Below, piece by piece: positions 28,238 through 38,289 of a stretch of DNA of 64,000 bases (position 1 is the first letter of the stretch; each line of letters begins with the position of its first letter). The position numbers and the translations under genes are program-made. The stretch lies in NCBI GenBank assembly GCA_020634075.1, contig JACKCJ010000013.1, positions 3,298 through 67,297 of the forward strand, given 5' to 3'. The notes under the pieces are model-generated. The model saw only the letters and a program-made list of their open reading frames with translations. It searched no databases and had not been told where the DNA came from. This DNA comes from Dehalococcoidia bacterium. GTDB lineage: Bacteria; Chloroflexota; Dehalococcoidia; UBA2979.

Positions 28238-28603
28238 CTAGCCGCCGCGGGCGATCCTGATCAGCGCCTCCATGTGCTCGACATACCGCTGGAGCGCGTC
28301 GCGCCCCTCCGGCGTCAACTCGTACTCCGTCCGGGGGACGCGTCCCTCGAAGCTCTTCAGCGCCCGCACGTACCCGGCATCCTCGAGCTTCCGGGCGTGG
28401 GCGCTGAGGTTGCCGTCCGTCAGGTCGAGGAGCGTCTTCAGCTCGACGAACCCCAGGCGCTCGTTGGCCGCGAGGGCGCTCACGATCGCGAGCCGCGTGC
28501 GCTCGTGGATGACGGTGTCGAGCTGTGCGGATCGCGCGATGGTCCGTTCGGCCGAGGGCCGGGCGTCGTCGTCGCGCCGGCGTGCCGCGGAAGAGTCAGC
28601 CAC
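28238..28603 (-). CDS. Winged-helix transcriptional regulator (ArsR/HTH_34-like)
   Basis: HERTRLAIVSALAANERLGFVELKTLLDLTDGNLSAHARKLEDAGYV matches the family pattern. It overlaps the upstream membrane-protein gene by 8 nt. Confidence 0.75.
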   Translation of the reverse strand: MADSSAARRRDDDARPSAERTIARSAQLDTVIHERTRLAIVSALAANERLGFVELKTLLDLTDGNLSAHARKLEDAGYVRALKSFEGRVPRTEYELTPEGRDALQRYVEHMEALIRIARGG

Positions 28604-29201
28604 CGTAGCGCCTCGCGATCACGGCGCCGAAGGCAACGTGCAGGCCGCCGAACCCGGCTCCGAGCAGTGGCATCGCCCACCCATCGGGCGCGACGAACGC
28701 GGTTGCGCCGACGGCCATGAAGCTCAGGCCGAGCGCGGGGAGCAGCCGCACGGAGAACGCCCCGGCAGCTGCGATCGCCGCGCCGTAGAGGACGAGCCAC
28801 GTCCCCGGCAGCAGGTCGAAGAGCCCCTCGCGCTGGAGCACGAGCGTGAGGATGCCACCGGCCGCCAGAGGCGGGAGGAGGCCAAGGGCGAACTTCTGCG
28901 CCGGCGACGCGAGCAGGCGTGGCCAGTGGCCGCGAGCCTTCAGCAGCGTTGCCACCACGCCGATCGAGACGGCGATGACCGCCTCGGCCTCCCACGCCAG
29001 GATCGCCGCGCGCTCCGAGGACTGCGCGGTGGCGACGGCCGCCGTCACGAGGGCGGTCAGCCCGATGAGCACCATTCCGGTGCCCGAGATGTCCGTGAAC
29101 CGGGACGACCCCTCCATCGCGGAGCGGATGAACCGGAGGTTCTCCGCCGCGCGGTCGGCCAACTGAGGCGGTGCGTCGAGGTCGGCGAGGGATCGCTGCA
29201 T
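28596..29201 (-). CDS. Hypothetical polytopic membrane protein (co-transcribed with wHTH regulator)
   Basis: 201-aa ORF with 5-6 hydrophobic helices and good codon bias. Confidence 0.6.
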   Translation of the reverse strand: MQRSLADLDAPPQLADRAAENLRFIRSAMEGSSRFTDISGTGMVLIGLTALVTAAVATAQSSERAAILAWEAEAVIAVSIGVVATLLKARGHWPRLLASPAQKFALGLLPPLAAGGILTLVLQREGLFDLLPGTWLVLYGAAIAAAGAFSVRLLPALGLSFMAVGATAFVAPDGWAMPLLGAGFGGLHVAFGAVIARRYGG

Positions 29202-29287
29202 GGGATGAGCATAGCGAGAACGCGGGAGCGGTAAAGTACTTTGCGGTGCAGATCTGGTGCCGACCTCAGCATTGCGAGGCCGCGCGA

Positions 29288-29647
29288 TCAGCCGAGGACC
29301 GGCTCCAACTCGATTACCGCTTCTTCCTCGTCGCCAGGGGCGAGGACCACCGTGAGGTCGGTCGAGGACTCCGGCAGACGGAAGCGAAGCGACGACTCCA
29401 CGGTCGTGTCGGGGAGCGTCGGCTCGTACCAGCCGTCATCGAGGTTCACGGGCTCGTAGATGCCGCCCTGGCCGTCCCGCAGTTCCACGGCCGGCGCACG
29501 GCCCGCCTCGCCAAGGGGGCGATCGGGATTCTCGATCGACGCGCGCAGCTCGAGTTCATCGATCCCGGGGACGTTCGAGTCCGGACGGCGCTCGTAGCCC
29601 TCGAACGTGAAGAGCAGCTTCCCAACCCGGATCGCCTCGGTTGCCAT
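29288..29647 (-). CDS. Hypothetical protein
   Basis: 119 aa counted from ATG 29647, which has GGAGGA upstream. It is acidic, has no signal peptide, and I recognise no motif. Confidence 0.5.
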   Translation of the reverse strand: MATEAIRVGKLLFTFEGYERRPDSNVPGIDELELRASIENPDRPLGEAGRAPAVELRDGQGGIYEPVNLDDGWYEPTLPDTTVESSLRFRLPESSTDLTVVLAPGDEEEAVIELEPVLG

Positions 29648-29912
29648 CGACGTCCTCCGATCACCACCGAACCGGCTCACGAGTCCTCGCCGCGAGCGTC
29701 GGTGGCCACTCGACCAGCGTCGCAGCTGTTCCCTCGTGCTCGCGTTGCCGCCGCGCCACGCACGGTTGCGGCGGCGTGACGATGCCCAATCGCGACCTCC
29801 GGTGTGTCGGAGCTTCGTCGATTGTCAGGAGCCCGCAACGCCGTCCCGGTGCACGGCAAGGCCACCCATGCGGTCGGCCTCGTAGGTTGCGAAGGCAGGA
29901 CAGGAGGGCCCC

Positions 29913-30650
29913 GTGCCAGCATCCGAACCGCTCACGATTGACGCCGGAGGGGTCGACCTCCGGGCTGAGATGCACCTCCCCGCCGAGCAGACCGGTGTCG
30001 TCGTCATCCCCGAGGTCTCCGCGACGATGGAGAACGTCATGCTCGACGCGGTCGCGAGCCGACTGCGCGACGCCGACCTCGGCGTCCTCCGCATCGCGCT
30101 CCTCACAGAGGACGAAGCGGCGGACGGGAACATCGAGGGGCTGCGGCCCGCGCCGGACGTGATGGGCGGACGGCTCGGTGCCGTGCTGGACTGGATGGCG
30201 CTCGATGACCGCATGGCAGTTCTGCCGTTTGGGCTGCTCGGCACGGATACCGGAGCGGCAGCCGCACTCGTGGCCGCAGCTGACCGCGCCGAGCGGATTG
30301 GCGCCATCGTGTCCGCACTTGGTCAGCCGGCCCTCGCCGGCGATGCCCTCGACCGCGTTGGCGCTCAGACGCTGCTCGTCGTGGGGAACGGCGACGCCCT
30401 CTCCGTCGACGGGGCGAACGAGGCCGCGCGACGGCTGGGCGCCGTGAGCCAGGTCGAGCGGATCGAGTCCGCCGGCTACGCCCTGCGCCCCGACGAGCTG
30501 GATGCGATCGGCACGCTCGCCGCGGACTGGTTCACGACGCACCTCGTGACGATGGAGTCGCCGATCGACGTGCCCGAGCCGGAACACTTCGAGGACATGC
30601 ACGCCGACCGCTTCCCGCCGCAGCAGGGCAAGGTGAAGCCGAACCACTAG
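29913..30650 (+). CDS. Dienelactone-hydrolase-like alpha/beta protein with Asp at the nucleophile elbow
   Basis: The GTG start has AGGAGGG upstream. The DLH-like layout reads GVVVIPE...LPFGLLGTDTGAAAALVAAA...LLVVGNGD, and the elbow reads G-T-D-T-G. Confidence 0.6.
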   Translation: MPASEPLTIDAGGVDLRAEMHLPAEQTGVVVIPEVSATMENVMLDAVASRLRDADLGVLRIALLTEDEAADGNIEGLRPAPDVMGGRLGAVLDWMALDDRMAVLPFGLLGTDTGAAAALVAAADRAERIGAIVSALGQPALAGDALDRVGAQTLLVVGNGDALSVDGANEAARRLGAVSQVERIESAGYALRPDELDAIGTLAADWFTTHLVTMESPIDVPEPEHFEDMHADRFPPQQGKVKPNH

Positions 30651-30714
30651 GGGCCCGCGGCCGTACTCCACGCAGCCGTGCTCCGCGCAGGAGGAACTCC
30701 GAGCGCGCGGGCCG

Positions 30715-33105
<2,391 letters not shown>

Positions 33106-33172
33106 GCGTCGTGCCTCCTCGGTTGGGGCGGTCGCCGGCGGGCAGGCCCGCCGGCGTGTGTGAGTCAGGGGG

Positions 33173-33580
33173 CTAGGCGAGTTGCTGGATCCGGAGGAGG
33201 TTTCCCGCCGGGTCGCGCACGGCGCAGTCGCGCACGCCATACGGCTGGTCGGTCGGCTCCTGCACGATCTCCGTGTCCGTGGCCTGCAGCCGCTCGAACA
33301 GCGCGTCGAGGTCCTTCGAGCCGAGCACCAGGCTCGCGTAGGTGCCCTTCGCCATCATCTCGCTGATCGTGCGCTGCTCATCCTCGGAGATGTTCGGGTC
33401 GGCGAACGGCGGGTTGAGGACGATCGAGGTCGTCGATCCGGTGGGGCCGACGGTCAGCCAGCGCATGCCCTCGTAGCCCACGTCCTGGCGCACCTCGAAG
33501 CCGAGGAGGTCGCGGTAGAAGGCGAGTGACGCCTCCGGGTCGGTGTGGGGCAGGAAACAGTGCTGAATCGTGACGTCCAT
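33173..33580 (-). CDS. VOC (glyoxalase/bleomycin-resistance fold) family protein
   Basis: 135 aa. The sequence [24 protein letters not shown]...[18 protein letters not shown] follows the paired beta-alpha-beta-beta-beta pattern. Confidence 0.85.
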   Translation of the reverse strand: MDVTIQHCFLPHTDPEASLAFYRDLLGFEVRQDVGYEGMRWLTVGPTGSTTSIVLNPPFADPNISEDEQRTISEMMAKGTYASLVLGSKDLDALFERLQATDTEIVQEPTDQPYGVRDCAVRDPAGNLLRIQQLA

Positions 33581-33622
33581 GGCGGTCGCTCCTTCTGAAC
33601 GGTGAAAGCCGATGACGTCACG

Positions 33623-34105
33623 CTACGTCTGGGTGGGCGCCGTCGCTTCTCGATTCCTGACCGGTCTGCTGACCCGCTTCGCCACGCAGGCCGGGATGCC
33701 GGCCATCGGAATCCCGGCGGGCGGCAGGTTCGTCGTCGGCAGCCCGGCAGCCTCCCGGGCCGCCTCGCGCCGGTACGTGCTCGGCGAGATCCCGACGAGC
33801 TCCGTGAAGCGGGTGCTGAACGTGCCGAGCGAAGCGCAGCCGACCTCGAGGCAGACCTCGGTGACGCTGAGGTCGCCCCGGCGCAGGAGCGCCATCGCGC
33901 GCTCGATCCGTCGGGTCATCAGGTAGCTGTACGGCGACTCGCCGTAGGCACGCTTGAACTGCCGGCTCAGGTGCCCGGAAGACATCCCGACGGTGCGCGC
34001 GAGTGCCTCGACGTCCAGCGGCTTCGCGTACTCGCGGTCGATCCTGTCGCGGACGCGTCGGAGCAACCGGAGGTCATCGAGGTGGGGGGCGGTCGAGGTG
34101 CTCAC
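33623..34105 (-). CDS. AraC-family transcriptional regulator (HTH domain only plus tail)
   Basis: LDVEALARTVGMSSGHLSRQFKRAYGESPYSYLMTRRIERAMALL...VTEVCLEVGCASLGTFSTRFTELVGISPSTYR is a typical AraC-type HTH. Confidence 0.85.
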   Translation of the reverse strand: MSTSTAPHLDDLRLLRRVRDRIDREYAKPLDVEALARTVGMSSGHLSRQFKRAYGESPYSYLMTRRIERAMALLRRGDLSVTEVCLEVGCASLGTFSTRFTELVGISPSTYRREAAREAAGLPTTNLPPAGIPMAGIPACVAKRVSRPVRNREATAPTQT

Positions 34106-34348
34106 GTGAGGATGGTGCCATTCGAGCGAGGGCGCGACAAGGCGAGCGTGTCCCGCCGGCCCGTGATCGCCCCCGCGTCACCCCCACTCGCGGCCCTCCC
34201 TCCATATCTATAACGAACGTGATTGACCGGCGAGATCCGACGTGACGACACTCCGGACGGGTCGCGCTCACACGGAGGGGAGTCTCACAGCGAGCCGGGC
34301 GCTGGGCGTGCGCGTGCGGTTTGCCGTCGAGGGTCACGGAGGGAACCT

Positions 34349-36163
34349 GTGCCCGGATCGGTCAACGTTCGATCACGCATCTCACGACGAAGTCTGCTTC
34401 GAGGCAGCGCGCTGGGCTTCACCGGCCTGGCCGGCGCCGCGCTCATCGGCTGCTCAAGCGACAGTGGGGGTGACGCTCCCGGTGACGGGACGCCGACCGG
34501 CACCGTCGCCGGGACGTCAACGGCCACGTCCATGAGCGGGCCGCCCGGGGACCTCCGGGTCGCCCCCGGACGCTACGAGGGCGTCCTGCCTCCCACGACG
34601 GCCGAGGCGGATCCCGCCGGGAACGCCCGCTACGGCGGCACGCTCTACACGCGCTACCTCGACCCGCCCCACATGGACTTCAACCAGACGCTCTCGTGCA
34701 CCATCAACACCACGATGGACTACACGAAGAACAAGCTCACGAGGGCCAAGCTCAACGCCACGTCCAACCCCAACAAGATCGACATCGAGGGGGACCTTGC
34801 CGACACGTGGGAGGTCGAGGGCGACGCGACCAAGTTCACGTTCACGCTGCGCCCCGCGAAGTTCCAGAACGTGGAGCCGACGAACGGCCGCGACCTCACC
34901 TCGGAGGACGTGAAGCTCTCGTTCGAGCGCTACCAGGCCGGCGGAACGCAGCGCGACATGTTCAGCGAGGTCACCTCGATCGAGACGCCGGACGACAAGA
35001 CGGTGATCGTCAACCTCGGCCGCCCGGTCGTGGAGTTCCCGCGGAACATCGCCGCGTGGTCCCACATCGACGCGCGCGAAATGATCGAGGACCAGGACTT
35101 CCTCAAGGAGCACGCCGTCGGCACCGGGCCGTTCATCCAGGAGGACTGGAAGCGGAAGGAGGGGACGGTCTTCACGCGGAACCCCGACTACTTCGAGGAG
35201 GGCCTGCCGTACCTCGACGAGGTCGTCGCGCGCGTCTTCAACGACACCGCCACCCAGCGCGCCGGCTTCGTCACCAACAACCTCGTGGAGTTCGGCGCCC
35301 GCGACGAGGACGACGCGGCCGACCTCCTGTCCGAGGTGCCCGACGCCGTCCACCTCGTCGGCGAGCGCCTCCAGGGCGCCAACTCGATGGTGGTCGTCTT
35401 CCAGATGAACAACCCCGTGATGCAGGACGAGCGCGTCCGCCGCGCCGTCAGCATGGCCGCCGACCGCAAGGAGTACTCGCTCTCGAGGAGCTACGCGGGC
35501 GACGGCTTCCCGTACCCGGCGCTCGGCTGGCAGCCGATCTTCGACCAGCGGCCCACGCTGGAGGAATGCGGGCCGTGGTACCAGTTCAACCCGGAGGAGT
35601 CGTCGAAGCTCCTCCAGGCGGCCGGGTACAGCTCGGACAGCCCGCTCGACTTCGAGGTGACGCAGTTCTACCTGCAGGCGTTCTACCAGTTCGACGACCT
35701 GGTGCTGCCGATGCTGAACGCGATCCCGGAGCTCGACATCACCTCGCGCGCGGTCGACAACCCGACCAGCGTGGTCATGCTCAACAACCGGGAGTTCGAG
35801 TCGGCGCATGGGATGACGTTCGGGCCGCCGGCGTACTCGGTGGACCAGATCGCCTTCCCGTTCATGCACTCCACGGGTGGCGCCAACTTCGGGAGCATCG
35901 ATGACCCCGAGCTGGACCAGCTGATCGAGGCGCAGCGGGAGGAACTGGACGACGAGGCGCGCCGCGACCTCTGGCACCAGATCTGGGACCGCGACCTCGA
36001 CCAGGTCTACTACATGTACCTGCCCGAGAACGCCGCCCGGCACAGCGTCTGGCACAACTACATGCTGAACTTCCGGCCCCACGGTCTCGGCACATACACG
36101 TGCTACGGCAACGGCATCGCCCGCTCCGTGTGGCTCGACGAGGACACGCCGACGCCCGGCTGA
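34349..36163 (+). CDS. ABC-transporter substrate-binding protein, family 5 (peptide/nickel/opine type), Tat-lipoprotein
   Basis: It has a twin-arginine motif and a lipobox (SRRSLLRGSALGFTGLAGAALIGCSS). The body carries the family-5 hallmark RNPDYFEEGLPYLDEV. The start is set at GTG 34349. Confidence 0.85.
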   Translation: MPGSVNVRSRISRRSLLRGSALGFTGLAGAALIGCSSDSGGDAPGDGTPTGTVAGTSTATSMSGPPGDLRVAPGRYEGVLPPTTAEADPAGNARYGGTLYTRYLDPPHMDFNQTLSCTINTTMDYTKNKLTRAKLNATSNPNKIDIEGDLADTWEVEGDATKFTFTLRPAKFQNVEPTNGRDLTSEDVKLSFERYQAGGTQRDMFSEVTSIETPDDKTVIVNLGRPVVEFPRNIAAWSHIDAREMIEDQDFLKEHAVGTGPFIQEDWKRKEGTVFTRNPDYFEEGLPYLDEVVARVFNDTATQRAGFVTNNLVEFGARDEDDAADLLSEVPDAVHLVGERLQGANSMVVVFQMNNPVMQDERVRRAVSMAADRKEYSLSRSYAGDGFPYPALGWQPIFDQRPTLEECGPWYQFNPEESSKLLQAAGYSSDSPLDFEVTQFYLQAFYQFDDLVLPMLNAIPELDITSRAVDNPTSVVMLNNREFESAHGMTFGPPAYSVDQIAFPFMHSTGGANFGSIDDPELDQLIEAQREELDDEARRDLWHQIWDRDLDQVYYMYLPENAARHSVWHNYMLNFRPHGLGTYTCYGNGIARSVWLDEDTPTPG

Positions 36164-36196
36164 TCCCGGCCTGCCGCATGATGCGATGCTCAGATG

Positions 36197-36232
36197 CAGG
36201 AAGCCGCCCGAGAGGACGGCTTCCTGTGTGTT
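36197..36232 (+). terminator. Intrinsic terminator after the SBP gene
   Basis: CAGGAAGCCG-cccgagagga-CGGCTTCCTG is followed by TGTGTGTT. Confidence 0.55.
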
Positions 36233-36261
36233 CCTGCCGTGATCGGCGGCGACGAGTCCGG

Positions 36262-36304
36262 GGACAAAAGGAAACCCGCCTCGGCCTCTTCGGCCTGGCG
36301 GGTT
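36262..36304 (-). terminator. Intrinsic terminator after tRNA-Asp
   Basis: On the minus strand, AACCCGCC...GGCGGGTT with an inner GGCC/GGCC pairing is followed by TTTCCTTTTGT. Confidence 0.55.
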
Positions 36305-36305
36305 A

Positions 36306-36382
36306 TGGCGACCCCGATCGGATTCGAACCGACGATCTCCACCGTGACAGGGTGGCGTGTTAGGCCTCTACACCACGGGGCC
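36306..36382 (-). tRNA. tRNA-Asp (anticodon GTC), CCA encoded
   Basis: The sequence GGCCCCGTGGTGTAGAGGCCTAACACGCCACCCTGTCACGGTGGAGATCGTCGGTTCGAATCCGATCGGGGTCGCCA folds by hand into a cloverleaf. It has a 7-bp acceptor stem, a GTGT/ACAC D stem, a CCACC/GGTGG anticodon stem around the loop CTGTCAC, and a TTCGAAT T loop. Confidence 0.95.
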
Positions 36383-36510
36383 GTGCGTCCGCTCAGGATA
36401 TCTCGGCGGCTCGATCTCGGTCAACGACTGCCACGCTCTCCGATGCGGGCGGGCCGCTGTCGCGCAGGCGGGGGCGTACCTACACTGACCACGATCGCCG
36501 AGGAGGCACC

Positions 36511-36753
36511 ATGGGACGCGAACGACGCCGACGCACTCGCCGCACCGCTCGACAGGGCGCGCCGTCCGTCGAGATCTCGGCGCCCGGCGACACGCACACC
36601 TCGACGGCCGGGCACCACATCCAGGTGCGCTCGGACCGCGTCCTCGCCCGCGAGGCGCAGACGATGATCGACGAGCTGAAGCGCGTGCTCGTGGTCTCCG
36701 GCGTCTGCTTCGGGATGCTCGCGGTCCTCGTCGTCATCGAGCGGATGCAGTAG
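36511..36753 (+). CDS. Small Arg-rich protein with C-terminal TM helix (tail-anchored-like), hypothetical
   Basis: GAGGAGG lies 6 nt upstream of the ATG. Third-position GC bias is strong. The sequence is MGRERRRRTRRTARQ...VLVVSGVCFGMLAVLVVIERMQ. Confidence 0.5.
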   Translation: MGRERRRRTRRTARQGAPSVEISAPGDTHTSTAGHHIQVRSDRVLAREAQTMIDELKRVLVVSGVCFGMLAVLVVIERMQ

Positions 36754-36785
36754 CCACCACGCTCCAGGCCTGATCGGCCGCCCTG

Positions 36786-37289
36786 CTAGCGCAGTCGACC
36801 CCACACCGCGACGCTCCCCACGCCGACGATCATCAGTCCGGCGAGGTCGAACACCAGCTCACCCGACAGCACCATCCTCACGGCGAGCGCTCCCACGAGC
36901 GTGGCGACGCCGATGAGCTGCATCGCCATGCCGCGCTTCCCGTTGGTGACGCGATGGATCGCCTCGCCGACCAGCCCGCCGACGGCGGAGCCGACGAACA
37001 GCGCCAGCAGGAGGAACAGCCCTCGGAACCCTCCGACGGGGAAGAGGATCGCGCCGATGAAGCCCAGGGCCGCGGCCAGGACCACGCCGACGCCGAGCGC
37101 CTTCGCGTAGTCCACCGGGGCGAGCTCGTACATCGGCGGGCGGCGCAGCTTGGCGCAGTCGGGGCAGCGGATGCCCCCGGGTGTGTGAATCATGCAGCGC
37201 GGGCAGATCGGCGTCCCGCAGCGGCCGCACTCGAGGGCGGTCTCGACGTCGGGGTGTCGGGCGCAGAAGACGATCGGCTCGGCGGTCAT
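36786..37289 (-). CDS. B-box/zinc-ribbon membrane protein
   Basis: The N-terminal CARHP...CGRCGTPICPRCM...CPDCAK motif provides eight Zn-ligand positions, and 4 TM helices follow. Its ATG overlaps the PHP gene stop (ATGA). Confidence 0.65.
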   Translation of the reverse strand: MTAEPIVFCARHPDVETALECGRCGTPICPRCMIHTPGGIRCPDCAKLRRPPMYELAPVDYAKALGVGVVLAAALGFIGAILFPVGGFRGLFLLLALFVGSAVGGLVGEAIHRVTNGKRGMAMQLIGVATLVGALAVRMVLSGELVFDLAGLMIVGVGSVAVWGRLR

Positions 37290-38179
37290 GCTCGCGCCTC
37301 CGTGCCCGGCGCCGAGGTGAGGTCGATGTCCGGCACGTTCGCGCAGCCACGCTCACGCGCGACCTCCAGCAGTCGTGCCACGGCCTCCCGTGGCATGTCG
37401 AAGTGGCCCGGCTCGTGCTCGTGCTCCCGCTCGAGGCCGTGGAAGTCCGATCCGCCGGAGGGCACGAGGTCCAGGCGCTCGGCGAGCGCGCGGAGCGACT
37501 CGACGACCTCGGGCTCGTAGTGGCGGTAGTAGACCTCGATGCCGTCAAGGCCCATGCCCGCGAGTCCCTCGGCGATGCGCTCGTAGTCGGCGGTGAACGG
37601 CGGGTGGGCGAACACGGCGAGGCCGCCCGCACCGTGGATGAGTTCGATCGCCTCCTGCGGATAGAGCCGCTTCCCCTCGATGTACGCGGGGGAGTTGCGG
37701 CCGAGGTAGCGCGCGAACGCCTCGTCGACGTCGGCGACGTGCCCCGCCTCGATCAGGGCGCGGGCGAAGTGAGGGCGTCCCACGGAGGCCTCACCGGCGA
37801 TCTCGCGGACGCGGCCCCACGACACCGGCACTCCGAGGCTCGCCAGCGCCGCCGTGATCGCCTCACCGCGCTCGATGCGCATGCGGTGGGCCTCGGCGAT
37901 CTCGGTGCGAAATGCGTCGTCGGTCGGGTCGACGAAGAGCCCGAGGATGTGGACCTCGGTGCCCGGTTCGTAGCACCCGAACTCCACGCCCGGCACGAAT
38001 GCCATCCCGGGGTGGGCGGCCACGGCCGCGCGTGCCTCGTCGAGCCCGTCGAGCGTGTCGTGGTCCGTCAGGGCGAAGACGCGGACGCCGTGCGCGGCGG
38101 CCATCGCGACGAGGTCAGCCGGGGAGCGCGTGCCGTCGGAGCGGTTCGAGTGGCAGTGGAAGTCGCCCTCGCTGCTCAC
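37286..38179 (-). CDS. PHP-domain metal-dependent phosphoesterase (TrpH/YciV family)
   Basis: DFHCHSNRSDG...ALTDHDT...GVEF...HILG...AHP...GSDFHG are the PHP metal-ligand motifs. The start is set at GTG 38179, with GGAG 5 nt upstream. The 511-aa track ORF extends into the rny 3' end and is rejected. Confidence 0.85.
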   Translation of the reverse strand: MSSEGDFHCHSNRSDGTRSPADLVAMAAAHGVRVFALTDHDTLDGLDEARAAVAAHPGMAFVPGVEFGCYEPGTEVHILGLFVDPTDDAFRTEIAEAHRMRIERGEAITAALASLGVPVSWGRVREIAGEASVGRPHFARALIEAGHVADVDEAFARYLGRNSPAYIEGKRLYPQEAIELIHGAGGLAVFAHPPFTADYERIAEGLAGMGLDGIEVYYRHYEPEVVESLRALAERLDLVPSGGSDFHGLEREHEHEPGHFDMPREAVARLLEVARERGCANVPDIDLTSAPGTEARA

Positions 38180-38289
38180 GCCTGCTCCGTTCGTCACTGC
38201 GGTGGGGACACCTCCAGTGTCCCACAGGCCCGGCCGGCTCCCCGCCCCGAGTGCTAACGGAGTGCTAGTGAGCGATCCCTGGCTCGAGC

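Noticed and set aside
33106-33172. SOS box upstream of the UvrA2-like gene
   Set aside because: No GAAC-N4-GTTC motif is present. The only structure is a GC hairpin (GCCGGCGGG-cagg-CCCGCCGGC), which more likely belongs to the end of the upstream VOC gene.
36164-36510. Genomic island or integrase at tRNA-Asp
   Set aside because: There is no integrase, no repeat of the tRNA 3' end and no obvious compositional shift on either side. The flanking genes look like ordinary chromosomal genes.
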